A stretch of DNA of 41,515 bases from Rhodanobacteraceae bacterium (GCA_035546695.1 DASZWL010000108.1:1-41515); one strand, 5' to 3'. Positions 1-9,945 are shown, counted from the first letter of the stretch. Made by a program: numbers and translations. The notes: a model not told the origin generated them from the letters alone.

Positions 1-267
1 GTGCAGCGCGCCGGCACGTACGAACCGTGGCGCGGTCCGCGCTGGGACGACGTGCGCGTCATCAAGGACATCTATCCGCCGCGGATCGATCTCACGTTCA
101 GGCTGACCGACGCGAACGGCGCTGTCGTAAAGGAAGGGAAGCGCGAACTTCGCGATCCGGCGTTCTTGCAGCGCGGAACCGCAAATCAGACGGATCCGCT
201 CAGATTCGAGAAGCGGATGCTGGATGATTGGTTGAGGAGCGAGTTTCCCGCCGACGCGCGGAGTTGA
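1..267 (+). CDS. DUF3016-family protein, 3' part (5' end outside the window)
   Basis: Translation has EPWRGP...DVRVIKDIYPPRIDLTF...DPLRFEKRMLDDWL, typical of DUF3016; stop at 265-267. Confidence 0.75.
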   Translation: MQRAGTYEPWRGPRWDDVRVIKDIYPPRIDLTFRLTDANGAVVKEGKRELRDPAFLQRGTANQTDPLRFEKRMLDDWLRSEFPADARS

Positions 268-293
268 GATTCCGGTAAACCATTCGGTGAACC

Positions 294-357
294 ATAGGGT
301 GGGCTTCAGCCCACCTCGGCGACGCAGCGAACCGCGGTGGGCTAAAGCCCACCCTAT
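294..357. repeat. REP doublet (GTAG-like family), inverted pair
   Basis: ATAG-GGTGGGCTTCAGCCCACC ... GGTGGGCTAAAGCCCACC-CTAT: two palindromic units in inverted orientation, directly downstream of a stop codon. Confidence 0.8.
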
Positions 358-443
358 AGCGCTGAAGCTATCAGCGTGTGTCCTTCGAACAATATCGTCT
401 CCGAGGGTTCGCGATCTTTGGCCAATTTACGCCGCAGACCTTG

Positions 444-674
444 CTAGTCCCCGATATCGCGCAGGATTTCCGACGTTCTTACGCACAGGCCTTCTGCTAC
501 GCGCTTGAGGGTCCGAAGCGTCACGTTCTTCTCGCCCCGCTCGATGGCGAGTAACGAAGCGGAAATCAAAGTGCCGATGCTCGTTCTCTGCGGCGAATGG
601 CTGAAAGCCGTCGGCTTTCCGATCGGCTCTTCGGCGGTGTTGACGACCGACAAGCGCGGCGAGATCGCGCTCAA
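444..674 (-). pseudogene. XRE-family HTH regulator; only the C-terminal half is convincing (possibly truncated)
   Basis: AIERGEKNVTLRTLKRVAEGLCVRTSEIL is a typical XRE recognition-helix and C-terminal segment. The N-terminal part is atypical and overlaps the SymE-like ORF on the other strand. Confidence 0.5.
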
Positions 675-729
675 TCGACTCGGGCTCGGCTTGCCGCGTC
701 GTCTTTACATCCGCGCCACGCCACGCTGA
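505..729 (+). CDS. SymE-family toxin-like protein (start uncertain: TTG 505 or ATG 544)
   Basis: VPMLVLCGEWLKAVGFPIG matches the SymE core pattern P-x-I/L-x-L-x-G-x-W-L-x-x-x-G-F-x-x-G. Confidence 0.6.
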   Translation: MRVRSVTFFSPRSMASNEAEIKVPMLVLCGEWLKAVGFPIGSSAVLTTDKRGEIALNRLGLGLPRRLYIRATPR

Positions 730-739
730 CGGCTTTTCG

Positions 740-873
740 CCTCGCCCGCTTGCGGTAGAGGCCGCCGCGTCAGCGGCGGGTGAGGGCTGTCGGAGTGGAG
801 CGCTTCGGCGGATTTGGTGGGAGATTGAACCGCCTTGCCCTCACCCTGCCCTCTCCCGCAAGCGGGAGAAGGG
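740..873. repeat. REP-like doublet, CCCTCACCC...CTCTCCCGCAAGCGGGAGAGG family (copy 1)
   Basis: Two inverted units, each with a CTCTCCCGC/GCGGGAGAG-type hairpin and a GGGTGAGGG/CCCTCACCC arm. The same arrangement recurs at 4499-4615 and 6684-6794. Confidence 0.85.
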
Positions 874-984
874 AAAGGCTACTCGCGTGCGCGTGGGCAC
901 GCATGGCGGTGCGCTTGCGAGCACGCGCGCGCGAATCCTAAGATCGCTTCGCTGCCGCGCGTGCTCGCGCGATGGGGGTCCCAT

Positions 985-3000
985 ATGCTGCGCGCTTCTC
1001 GTCCGCGCCTTTTGGCGTTCGTGCTCGTCGCGTCGGCGATTGCCGCAATTGCCTCGCATGCCTCCGCGGGCGATCCGCTTCCCGGCCAGCCCTACGCTTC
1101 GTACTGGTTCCCGTCGACGATTCTCGACTGGGACCCCGCGACCGATCCCGATGCACCGTTCAACCGCGGCAGCGTTCCGCTCGCGACGCGTTTCTCGAAT
1201 CCCGATTTCAACGTGAATCCGCACGCGCATTTCGACGAGGCGCGCGTGCAGGCGCTCGTCGCGTTCGCGCCGACGTCGTTCAATCCGTCGCAGGGTTCGG
1301 CTACCGAGGATTACTACGCGCTCAACTACTGGCAATACATCGATCAGCTCGTCTTCTGGGGCGGATCGGCGGGCGAAGGGTTGATCCTCGCGCCGAATCC
1401 GACCGTCATCGACGCCGCGCACAGGAACGGTGTGCCGGTGCTCGGCAATGTGTATCTGCCGCCGACCGCTTACGGCGGGCAGATCCAGTGGGTGCGCGAT
1501 TTCGTGCAGCGCGACGGCAGCGGCAACTTTCCGGTCGCTGACAAGATGATCGAAGCGGCCGAGTATTACGGCTTCGACGGCTGGTTCATCAATCAGGAAA
1601 CGGCCGGCGGCGACGCGCAGCTCGCGAGCGACATGCGCGACATGCTGGTCTATTTCCACGCGCATTCGAACCTGCTGATCACGTGGTACGACGCGATGAC
1701 ATCGAGCGGCGCCGTCGCGTGGCAGAACCAGCTCGATGCGCAGAACCAGATGTTCTTCCAGGACGGCGCGACGCTCGTCTCGGACGACATGTTCCTCAAC
1801 TTCAACTGGAGCGCGACCGGCCTCACGAATTCGGCGACGCTCGCGTCGAGCCTCGGCCGGAGCCCGTACGAGCTCTACGCCGGCATCGACGTCGAGGCGA
1901 ACGGTTACAACACCGGCGTGAACTGGGCCGGCGTGTTTCCGGAAGGCTCGCCGCATCGCACGTCGATCGGTTTCTACCGGCCGGAATGGACGCACAATTC
2001 GTCATCGAGCGTCGCGGATTTCTACGCGCGCGACAACAAGTTCTGGGTCGGGCAGAACGGCGATCCGAGCAATACGGCGACGAGCGCTTCGTGGAAAGGC
2101 GTCGCGCATTACATTCCGGCGAACTCGCCGATCACGAAGCTGCCGTTCGCGACGAATTTCAACACCGGCCAAGGCATGCAATTCTTCGGCGAAGGCGATC
2201 CGGCGGATACCGGTCCGTGGAACAACCTGAGCCTTCAGGATGTGCTGCCGACATGGCGCTGGATCATGCGAAGCTCGGGGACGCCGCTCGACGTCGAGCT
2301 CAGTTTCGACGACGCATGGTGGGGCGGCAGCTCGCTCGCCGTTTCGGGTACGACCGACGCGCCGAACGATCTGCTTCTCTACGAGACGAACATTCCGGCC
2401 GACGAGTCGACCCAGCTCATGGTGCTGTTCCGGACGGGAGCAGCCGGTCCGAGCCATCTCGAAGTCGGCCTCGCTTACGACGACGATCCGACCGCGTTCG
2501 TCTATTCGCCGGTCCACGACGCGCCGTATCCCGGCTGGACGCACTCGATGGGCGAGTTCGACGCGCGTCCCGGGCGACGAATCGTCGCGATCGCGCTGCG
2601 CTTCACGCCCGACGCGGGAGCGCGGTATTCGATCAAGATCGGCCAGATCGCACTCTACACGGCGCTTCCGCCACATGAGCCTCCCGTCGACGTGCACGTG
2701 CTGAGCATGAACGAAATCGACGCGACGCACGCGACCGTGCGGCTTGCGTGGACACCGCCGTCCAGCGATGTCGCTTCGTACGCCGTATTGCAGTTGCACG
2801 CCGACGGCACGGAAACATGGCTCGGCGGCACGCCGAACACCGTGTACTTCGTGCAGCAGATCGCTCGCGACGGGGCCGAACCGACCTCGACGATCGAGGT
2901 GAAAACGGTGAGCCCGCTCTTTCAGGACTCGGAGCCTGCTGCGACGACGATCACCTGGGATCACATCTTCGCCGACGGCTTCGATGCGACGGAGACATAA
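985..3000 (+). CDS. Secreted endo-beta-N-acetylglucosaminidase (GH85) with a C-terminal beta-sandwich/FN3-like domain and DxIFxxGFD tail
   Basis: Signal peptide from ATG 985 (MLRASRPRLLAFVLVASAIAAIASHASA); GH85 motifs YWQYIDQLVFW, IDAAHRNGVPVLG and YYGFDGWFINQET; ends DHIFADGFDATET. The longer ORF start at 835 lies inside a REP. Confidence 0.85.
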   Translation: MLRASRPRLLAFVLVASAIAAIASHASAGDPLPGQPYASYWFPSTILDWDPATDPDAPFNRGSVPLATRFSNPDFNVNPHAHFDEARVQALVAFAPTSFNPSQGSATEDYYALNYWQYIDQLVFWGGSAGEGLILAPNPTVIDAAHRNGVPVLGNVYLPPTAYGGQIQWVRDFVQRDGSGNFPVADKMIEAAEYYGFDGWFINQETAGGDAQLASDMRDMLVYFHAHSNLLITWYDAMTSSGAVAWQNQLDAQNQMFFQDGATLVSDDMFLNFNWSATGLTNSATLASSLGRSPYELYAGIDVEANGYNTGVNWAGVFPEGSPHRTSIGFYRPEWTHNSSSSVADFYARDNKFWVGQNGDPSNTATSASWKGVAHYIPANSPITKLPFATNFNTGQGMQFFGEGDPADTGPWNNLSLQDVLPTWRWIMRSSGTPLDVELSFDDAWWGGSSLAVSGTTDAPNDLLLYETNIPADESTQLMVLFRTGAAGPSHLEVGLAYDDDPTAFVYSPVHDAPYPGWTHSMGEFDARPGRRIVAIALRFTPDAGARYSIKIGQIALYTALPPHEPPVDVHVLSMNEIDATHATVRLAWTPPSSDVASYAVLQLHADGTETWLGGTPNTVYFVQQIARDGAEPTSTIEVKTVSPLFQDSEPAATTITWDHIFADGFDATET

Positions 3001-3010
3001 CGGCTCCGAT

Positions 3011-3092
3011 CGTCATACCGGCGAAGGCCGGAATCCAGCTTCTCCGATGCACGGCGGGCAACGACTGGATCCTGGTCTTCGCCGGGATGACG
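3011..3092. repeat. REP-like doublet, GTCATTCCGGCGAAAGCCGGAATCCA family
   Basis: CGTCATACCGGCGAAGGCCGGAATCCAG ... CTGGATCCTGGTCTTCGCCGGGATGACG form an inverted pair; related units at 11073-11099 and 23666-23750. Confidence 0.8.
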
Positions 3093-3139
3093 GAGCGATG
3101 CGGGCGCGGCACAATCGCGGTCCGCCTCAGGATTCGCTC

Positions 3140-4471
3140 ATGGATACCTCGCATCCCGACCTGCACCCGCTCTACGCCGATCACCTCGCGACGCTGAAAT
3201 CGCGTACCGACGCCGCGCTCGCGCTCGCCGCCCGCGAGCATCTCGTCATCGCCGCTGGCACGCCGCGCTACGAGTTCCTCGACGATCGTCCTTATCCGTT
3301 CGCCGTCAATCCGTGGTTCAAGCACTGGCTGCCGGTGACGAAGGCGCCGGGCTCGTGGCTCGTCTATACGCCCGGCAGGAAGCCGAAGCTCGTCTACCTG
3401 CAGCCGCACGATTACTGGCACGTCGTGCCCGAGGCACCGGCCGGTTACTGGGTCGAGCATTTCGAGATCGCGATCATCCGCGAGGCCAAGGAAGCCGCGC
3501 AGCATCTGCCGAAGGAAGCCGCACGTTGCGCGATCGTCGGCGACGACAACGCGGCGATCGGCGCGTTCGTGCCGGACAATCCACGCGCGATCGTCGACTA
3601 CATCCACTATCACCGCACGTACAAGACGCCGTACGAGCTCGCGATGATGCGCGTCGCGAGCAAGATCGGCGCACGCGCGCATCGCGCGGCGGAAGCGGCG
3701 TTTCGCTCGGGCGAGTCGGAGTTCGGCATCCATATGGCGTATCTCGACGCCGCGAAGCAGACCGATCTCGAGCTTCCGTACAGCAACATCATCGCGCTCA
3801 ACGAGCACGGCGCGGTGCTGCACTACACCGATCTGAACCACGCGCCGCCGGCGCACGCGCATTCGTTCCTGATCGACGCGGGCGCGAGCTTTCATGGTTA
3901 TGCGAGCGACATCACACGCACATATGCCGGCAATGGAGCGGACGAGTTCGCGGCGTTGATCGACGCGGTCGACGCCGCGCAGCGCGGCTTCGCCTCGAAG
4001 GTGCGCGCGGGCCAGAGCTATCCCGAGCTGCACGTGCACGCGCATCACGTGCTGGCCGGCATCCTCAAGGATCACGGCTTCATCCGCATGAGCGCGGAGA
4101 GCGCGGTTGAATCGGGTGTCTCCTCGGCGTTCTTTCCGCACGGACTCGGCCACGGCATCGGCTTGCAGGTGCACGATGTCGCCGGTTTCCAGCAGAGCGA
4201 TCGCGGCGGCACGATTCCAAAGCCGACGGGTCATCCGTATCTGCGGCTCACGCGCACACTCGAGCCCGGCATGGTCACGACGATCGAGCCCGGTCTCTAT
4301 TTCATCGACATGCTGCTCGCGGAGCTCAGGCAGAAGCCGGCCGCGAAGGATGTCGCGTGGGACAAGGTCGATGCGTTCCGGAAGTACGGCGGCATCCGCA
4401 TCGAGGACGATGTCGTCTGCACCGACGGCGAGCCTGAGAATCTGACGCGCGACGCGTTCGCCGCGAGCTGA
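3140..4471 (+). CDS. pepQ: Xaa-Pro dipeptidase (prolidase, M24B)
   Basis: YPFAVNPWFKHWLP, LIDAGASFHGYASDITRTY, HGLGHGIGLQVHDV, TIEPGLYF and GGIRIEDD motifs; ATG 3140 follows AGGA. Confidence 0.93.
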   Translation: MDTSHPDLHPLYADHLATLKSRTDAALALAAREHLVIAAGTPRYEFLDDRPYPFAVNPWFKHWLPVTKAPGSWLVYTPGRKPKLVYLQPHDYWHVVPEAPAGYWVEHFEIAIIREAKEAAQHLPKEAARCAIVGDDNAAIGAFVPDNPRAIVDYIHYHRTYKTPYELAMMRVASKIGARAHRAAEAAFRSGESEFGIHMAYLDAAKQTDLELPYSNIIALNEHGAVLHYTDLNHAPPAHAHSFLIDAGASFHGYASDITRTYAGNGADEFAALIDAVDAAQRGFASKVRAGQSYPELHVHAHHVLAGILKDHGFIRMSAESAVESGVSSAFFPHGLGHGIGLQVHDVAGFQQSDRGGTIPKPTGHPYLRLTRTLEPGMVTTIEPGLYFIDMLLAELRQKPAAKDVAWDKVDAFRKYGGIRIEDDVVCTDGEPENLTRDAFAAS

Positions 4472-4498
4472 CTCCGTTTTCCCCGCTCCCGCGCTTTG

Positions 4499-4615
4499 CC
4501 CCCTCTCCCGCAACGCGGGAGAGGGCTGGGGTGAGGGCACGCGTGGTTCAGCGCCCCACTCCGGATCGCCCTCACCCGCGCCTCCGGCGCGACCTCTCCC
4601 GCAAGCGGGAGAGGT
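4499..4615. repeat. REP-like doublet, CCCTCACCC...GCGGGAGAGG family (copy 2)
   Basis: CCCTCTCCCGCAACGCGGGAGAGGGCTGGGGTGAGGGC ... GCCCTCACCCG...CTCTCCCGCAAGCGGGAGAGG. Confidence 0.85.
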
Positions 4616-4686
4616 AACGGCGCAGCATCCGCGTTTCTCCTCTAGAATCGATCCGTATCTGCCGTGGCAGCTCTGGGGAGAGCAAC

Positions 4687-6639
4687 ATGCGATCTAGGGA
4701 TTCCATCCGTTTCATCGCGGCCGCGGGCATCAGTGCGCTCCTGACCTTCGGCGCCGCATCGGCCTGCGACATTCAGACGCCGGGCATGAAGGAGCACATG
4801 ATGCACCGGCCCGCACACACGCCGATGGCGCCGGCCGGGCGCACGCCGTGCGTCGACGGCATGGCCGGCATCTATCCGTGCTCGAACATCGATCTGCTCG
4901 CGTTCGTTCCGGTCTCGCAGTTCACGGCGTCGAGCACGAACAGCCTCTGGGGCTGGACCGATCCCGATTCCGGCACCGAATACGCGCTGATCGGCGCGAA
5001 CAACGGCATCGCGTTCTACGATCTCTCGACGCCGGACGCGCCGCGCTATCTCGGCAAGCTGCCGACGACGCAAGGCACCGGCAGCTCGATCTGGCGCGAT
5101 GTGCGCGTCTACCAAAACCATGCGTTCGTCGTCAGCGACAACAATCCCGGCCACGGCATGCAGGTGTTCGATCTCACGCGCCTTCGCGACGTGACCTCGC
5201 CGCAGACGTTCGCCGAGGACGGCCATTATTCCGGCTTCGGCTCGAGCCACACGATCTCGATCAACGAGACGACCGGCTACGCATCGGTCGCCGGTGCCGA
5301 CGTCGTCTGTCCCGGCGATTCCGACCACGGCGGATTGCAGATCCTCGACATCCACGATCCCGTGCATCCGGCGTTCGCGGGCTGCATCAACGACGCGGGC
5401 TACACGCACGAATCGCAGTGCTACGTCTATTCGGGCCCGGACACCGAGCACGCCGGACGCGATATCTGCTTCGATTCGAACGGATGGAGCGGCCGCATCG
5501 CGATCGTCGACGTCAGCGAGAAGAACGCGCCGCACACGCTGTCGTCGACGCCGTACGAGGGCAGCGCGTACACGCACCAGAGCTGGCTGACCGAGGATCA
5601 GCGCTATCTGCTGCTCGACGACGAGCTAGACGAGGAAGAGAGCGGCCACAACGCGCGCACGTTCGTCTTCGACGTCAGCGATCTCGATGCGCCGAGGCTC
5701 GTCGGCTTTCACGAGCATCCGCTCAGCGTCATCGACCACAATCTCTACGTGCACGGCAACTACGTCTACCAGTCCGACTACGAAGCCGGCGTGCGCATCC
5801 TGCGCATGGACAACCTCTCGCAGCTCGCGATGAGCGAAGTCGCGTTCTTCGACACGTATCCGCAGAGCAACCACGCCGAGTTCAACGGCACCTGGAACAA
5901 CTTCCGTTTTCCCGGCAGCGGCCTCGTCATTGCGACCGGCATCGACGAAGGCTTCTTCGTGCTCGAGCCGCATCTCTGCGATTCTTCGGGCGGACCGACG
6001 AACCTCAGCGCGACCGCGAACGGCGACAACCGCATCGACCTCGCCTGGGACGCGGTCGCGACGCCGGGCGCGACGTATCGCGTCGAGCGAGCGCAAGGCG
6101 GTTGTAGAGGCCAGTTCCGCACGATCGCCGACGATCTCGCGAAAGCCGTTTATTCCGATGCGAGCGCGTCGGGTCAGGTGAGATACGGCTATCGCGTGAC
6201 GGCGCTCGACAGCTCCGGCGCGTGCGCGCCGGCTGCATCGGCCTGCGTCGAAGCCGAGACGACCGGCGCCTGCACGGCCGCGCCGATCTTCGCCGGCATC
6301 GCGAGCGCGACCGACGCGAGCACGACGCAATGCCGCGTCGATCTCGCATGGGGCGGCGCGAATCCTGCCTGCGGAGGCCCGGCTTCGTATTCTGTCTATC
6401 GCTCGGACGACGCCGATTTCGTTCCTGGCGACGCGAACCGCATCGCGCTCGGCTGGCTCGACACGAGCTTCGTCGATCTCACGGCGGCCGCCGGCGCGAC
6501 GCATTACTACGCTGCGCGCGCGGTCGATGGCACGAACGGCGCCGAGGACGACAACCTCGTGCGCCTCGCCGTGCACGTGCCGAGCACGTGCGTGCTCGCG
6601 CCGGATGCGATCTTCATCGACGGTTTCGAAGCGAGGTAG
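4687..6639 (+). CDS. Choice-of-anchor B family secreted protein (beta-propeller-like) with FN3-like domains and DxIFxxGFE tail
   Basis: Signal peptide; GMAGIYPCSNIDLL, SLWGWTDP, WRDVRVY, YTHQSWLTEDQRYLLLDDELDE and IDHNLYV motifs; ends DAIFIDGFEAR; GGGGAG RBS. Confidence 0.85.
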   Translation: MRSRDSIRFIAAAGISALLTFGAASACDIQTPGMKEHMMHRPAHTPMAPAGRTPCVDGMAGIYPCSNIDLLAFVPVSQFTASSTNSLWGWTDPDSGTEYALIGANNGIAFYDLSTPDAPRYLGKLPTTQGTGSSIWRDVRVYQNHAFVVSDNNPGHGMQVFDLTRLRDVTSPQTFAEDGHYSGFGSSHTISINETTGYASVAGADVVCPGDSDHGGLQILDIHDPVHPAFAGCINDAGYTHESQCYVYSGPDTEHAGRDICFDSNGWSGRIAIVDVSEKNAPHTLSSTPYEGSAYTHQSWLTEDQRYLLLDDELDEEESGHNARTFVFDVSDLDAPRLVGFHEHPLSVIDHNLYVHGNYVYQSDYEAGVRILRMDNLSQLAMSEVAFFDTYPQSNHAEFNGTWNNFRFPGSGLVIATGIDEGFFVLEPHLCDSSGGPTNLSATANGDNRIDLAWDAVATPGATYRVERAQGGCRGQFRTIADDLAKAVYSDASASGQVRYGYRVTALDSSGACAPAASACVEAETTGACTAAPIFAGIASATDASTTQCRVDLAWGGANPACGGPASYSVYRSDDADFVPGDANRIALGWLDTSFVDLTAAAGATHYYAARAVDGTNGAEDDNLVRLAVHVPSTCVLAPDAIFIDGFEAR

Positions 6640-6683
6640 CTTCCGCCTCGGGTAGCTGCTTTCCTCTCCCTTCCACTGCTTTT

Positions 6684-6794
6684 CCCCTCTCCCGCGAAGC
6701 GGGAGAGGGTCGGGGTGAGGGCAATCTCGGTTCGCCCTGCCACGCCTTCCCTCACCCGCGCCTTCGGCGCGGCCTCTCCCGCAAGCGGGAGAGG
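6684..6794. repeat. REP-like doublet, CCCTCACCC...GCGGGAGAGG family (copy 3)
   Basis: Same two inverted units as at 740-873 and 4499-4615. Confidence 0.85.
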
Positions 6795-6821
6795 CGAACT
6801 GCTCTATTTCCAAACAATCCG

Positions 6822-6864
6822 GCGACAACACGCCGCAGTCGTTTCTTCCGCGCGCGCGTATAAT
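6822..6864 (+). promoter_or_regulatory. Putative cyd promoter: RegA/PrrA/RoxR-type box plus sigma70 -10
   Basis: GCGAC-N5-GCCGC at 6822-6836 (reverse strand GCGGCGTGTTGTCGC) and a perfect TATAAT at 6859-6864 in GC-rich DNA upstream of cydP. Confidence 0.45.
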
Positions 6865-6892
6865 TTTCCGGAATCGTCCGGAGTCGCCGCCG

Positions 6893-7111
6893 ATGCAAGC
6901 CGCGCGCGATCGCGCCGCCGTACGTTCGTGGTTCCGCACGCGCGGCGGACGCCGTTTCGGCATCGAGTTCGCGCTGATCGTCGTCGTGAAGCTCTTCCTG
7001 CTGACGCTGCTCTGGTTCGTCTGCTTCCGCCCGCATCCGCGTCCCGACACGTCGCCGGATGCGATCGAACGCCACCTGCTCGCTCCTTCGGAAACGTCGC
7101 ATGATCGATGA
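6893..7111 (+). CDS. cydP: Cytochrome bd oxidase putative small subunit CydP
   Basis: 72 aa with a single TM segment (EFALIVVVKLFLLTLLWFVCF), overlapping the cydA start. Confidence 0.7.
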   Translation: MQAARDRAAVRSWFRTRGGRRFGIEFALIVVVKLFLLTLLWFVCFRPHPRPDTSPDAIERHLLAPSETSHDR

Positions 7112-8657
7112 ATCGGTCGTCACGCTCTCGCGCCTGCAGTTCGCGCTGACCGCGCTCTACCATTTCCTCTTCGTGCCGCTGACGCTCGGCCTCTCGTGGC
7201 TGCTCGCGATCATGGAAGCGGTCTACGTGATGACCGGGCGCGAAGTCTGGAAGCGCATGACGCAGTTCTGGGGCGTCCTCTTCGGCATCAACTTCGCGAT
7301 GGGCGTCGCGACCGGCGTCACGATGGAATTCCAGTTCGGCACGAACTGGGCCTACTACGCGCACTACGTCGGCGACATCTTCGGCACGCCGCTCGCGATC
7401 GAAGGCCTGATGGCGTTCTTCCTCGAGGCGACGTTCATCGGCCTCTTCTTCTTCGGCTGGGACAAGCTCTCGCGCATCAAGCACCTGATCGTCACATTCC
7501 TGCTCGCGCTCGGCACGAATCTCTCGGCGCTCTGGATCCTGATCGCGAACGCGTGGATGCAGAATCCGGTCGGCAGCGAGTTCAACCTCGACACGATGCG
7601 CATGGAGATCACCGACTTCAACGCGGTCATCTTCAATCCCGTCGCGCAATCGAAGTTCGTGCACACGGTCAGCGCGGGCTACGTGCTCGGCGCGATGTTC
7701 GTGCTGTCGATCAGCGCGTGGTATCTCCTGCGCGGACGCAACATCGATTTCGCGAAGCGCTCGATGACGGTCGCGGCGAGCTTCGGTCTCGCCTCGGCAT
7801 TGAGCGTCGTCGTGCTCGGCGACGAATCGGGCTACACCGTGACCGAGCATCAGAAGATGAAGCTCGCCGCGATCGAGGCGATGTGGGATACCGAGCCGCC
7901 GCCGGCCGCTTTCACGGTGTTCGGCTTTCCCGACGTCGCCGAGCGCAAGACGCATCTCGCGATCCACATTCCGTGGGTCATGGGCCTCATCGGCACGCGC
8001 TCGCTCGACGGCATCCTTCCCGGCATCAACGATCTCGTGACCGAGGCCGAGCAGCGCATCGCGAACGGCGTCAAGGCGTACACGGCGATGCAGCGGCTTC
8101 GCGCCGACCGCAACGACGCCGCGGCGCGCGCGGAGTTCGAGGCGAACAAAGCCGATCTCGGCTACGCGCTGCTCCTGAAGCGAATCCTCGAGGATCCTTC
8201 GCGCGCGACGGCGTCGGACATCCAGCGCGCGGCCGACCTGACGATCCCGAACGTGCCGGTGCTGTTCTGGGCGTTCCGCATCATGGTCGGCTGCGGACTC
8301 TATTTCATCGCGCTGTTCGCGTATTCGTTCTGGCTCGCCTCGCGACGCGAGCTCGACAAGCGAAGGTGGTATCTCAAGCTCGCGCTCTGGAGCCTGCCGC
8401 TGCCATGGCTCGCGATCGAGCTCGGCTGGATCGTCGCCGAATACGGACGCCAGCCGTGGGCGATCGAAGGCGTGCTGCCGACCGCGCTCGGCGTCTCGTC
8501 GGTGTCGGCCGCGCAGGTCGCGACGAGCCTCGCCGGCTTCGTGATCTTCTACACGGCGCTCGCCGTCGTCGATGCGATCCTGATGCTGCGCTACGCGAGG
8601 AAGGGACCGGACGGTCTCGGCATGTGGCCCGAACGCGCCGCGCTCGCGAACGCATAA
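7101..8657 (+). CDS. cydA: Cytochrome bd ubiquinol oxidase subunit I
   Basis: [43 protein letters not shown] and [12 protein letters not shown] motifs; ATG at 7101. Confidence 0.97.
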   Translation: MIDESVVTLSRLQFALTALYHFLFVPLTLGLSWLLAIMEAVYVMTGREVWKRMTQFWGVLFGINFAMGVATGVTMEFQFGTNWAYYAHYVGDIFGTPLAIEGLMAFFLEATFIGLFFFGWDKLSRIKHLIVTFLLALGTNLSALWILIANAWMQNPVGSEFNLDTMRMEITDFNAVIFNPVAQSKFVHTVSAGYVLGAMFVLSISAWYLLRGRNIDFAKRSMTVAASFGLASALSVVVLGDESGYTVTEHQKMKLAAIEAMWDTEPPPAAFTVFGFPDVAERKTHLAIHIPWVMGLIGTRSLDGILPGINDLVTEAEQRIANGVKAYTAMQRLRADRNDAAARAEFEANKADLGYALLLKRILEDPSRATASDIQRAADLTIPNVPVLFWAFRIMVGCGLYFIALFAYSFWLASRRELDKRRWYLKLALWSLPLPWLAIELGWIVAEYGRQPWAIEGVLPTALGVSSVSAAQVATSLAGFVIFYTALAVVDAILMLRYARKGPDGLGMWPERAALANA

Positions 8658-8673
8658 GGCGAGGAGGATTCCG

Positions 8674-9807
8674 ATGCTCGACTACGAAACACTGCGCCTC
8701 GTCTGGTGGCTGCTGCTCGGCGTGCTGCTCGTCGGCTTCGCGGTCACCGACGGTTTCGATCTCGGCATCGGCGCGCTCGTGCGCGTGCTCGGCCGCGACG
8801 ACGACGAGCGCCGCTGCGTGCTCGAGACCGTCGAGCCGGTGTGGGAAGGCAACCAGGTGTGGTTCATCCTCGGCGGCGGCGCCGTGTTCGCGGCCTGGCC
8901 GCTGCTCTACGCAGCCGCGTTCTCGGGCTTCTACTTCGCGATGTTTCTCATACTGCTCGCGCTGATCCTGCGGCCGGTCGGCTTCGGCTTTCGCAACAAG
9001 ATCGATGACAAACGCTGGCGCAACGGCTGGGACTGGGTATTGACGATCTCGGGCACGATCCCCGCGCTGATCTTCGGCGTCGCGTTCGGCAATCTCTTCC
9101 TCGGCGTGCCGTTCCGTTACGACGAGACGCTGCGCATGACCTACGAAGGCGGGTTGATCGGACTTCTCCGTCCGTTCGCGCTGCTCGCCGGCGTCGTCTC
9201 GCTGACGATGCTGCTGATGCACGGCGCCGCATGGGCGGCCGTCAAGGCCGACGAGATCATCGCGACGCGCGCGGCGCGCGTGCTGTCGTGGCTCGCGCCG
9301 GCGTATATCGCGAGCTACGTGCTCGCCGGCGTCTGGCTCGCGCTCGGCATCCGTGGCTATTCGATCGCGGCGCCGGTCGTCGTCGAGGGGCCGTCGAATC
9401 CACTCGCGAAAGCGGTAACGGTCGGCGGCGGCTGGCTTTCGGGCAGCGCGCTCGGCACATGGGCCTGTCTCGCGGCGGCGATCGCGATCCTCGCCGCGAT
9501 CGCGGTGCCGCTGCTCGCGCGGCGCGCGCGCCACGGCGGCGCGTTCCTCGCGAGCGGCATCGCCGTCGCCGGCACGATCTTCTCGGCGGGCTTCGCGCTG
9601 TTTCCGTTCCTGTTGCCGTCCGATCTCGATCCGAGGAGCAGCCTCACGATTTGGGACGCATCGTCGAGCCGCACGACGCTCGGACTGATGCTGCTCGTGA
9701 CGGCCGTGTTGCTGCCGATCGTGCTTGCGTACACGGCCTGGGTCTATCGCGTGCTGCGCGGGCGCGTTTCGCTGGCGCATGTGAAGGAGACGCATGGGAT
9801 GTATTGA
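8674..9807 (+). CDS. cydB: Cytochrome bd ubiquinol oxidase subunit II
   Basis: [30 protein letters not shown] and [10 protein letters not shown] motifs; GAGGAGG RBS. Confidence 0.97.
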   Translation: MLDYETLRLVWWLLLGVLLVGFAVTDGFDLGIGALVRVLGRDDDERRCVLETVEPVWEGNQVWFILGGGAVFAAWPLLYAAAFSGFYFAMFLILLALILRPVGFGFRNKIDDKRWRNGWDWVLTISGTIPALIFGVAFGNLFLGVPFRYDETLRMTYEGGLIGLLRPFALLAGVVSLTMLLMHGAAWAAVKADEIIATRAARVLSWLAPAYIASYVLAGVWLALGIRGYSIAAPVVVEGPSNPLAKAVTVGGGWLSGSALGTWACLAAAIAILAAIAVPLLARRARHGGAFLASGIAVAGTIFSAGFALFPFLLPSDLDPRSSLTIWDASSSRTTLGLMLLVTAVLLPIVLAYTAWVYRVLRGRVSLAHVKETHGMY

Positions 9808-9813
9808 GGAGCC

Positions 9814-9926
9814 GGGAATGGGGAATGGGGAATGGGGAGTCGGTGAGCAGGATCGACGAACCCGATTCCCGATTCCCGATTCCCGATTCCCGATTCCCGA
9901 TTCCCGATTCCCCATTCCCCATTCCC
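9814..9926. repeat. Inverted heptamer tandem repeat: (GGGAATG)3 GGGAGTC ... (GATTCCC)7 (CATTCCC)2
   Basis: Units counted directly in the sequence between cydB and cydX. Confidence 0.95.
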
Positions 9927-9945
9927 AAAGAAGCGAGCCCGCCCC

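Noticed and set aside
9814-9926. Heptamer array as CRISPR or as a coding repeat (GNRES/FPIPDSR ORFs)
   Set aside because: There are no spacers; the peptide repeats are just translations of an intergenic tandem repeat between cydB and cydX.
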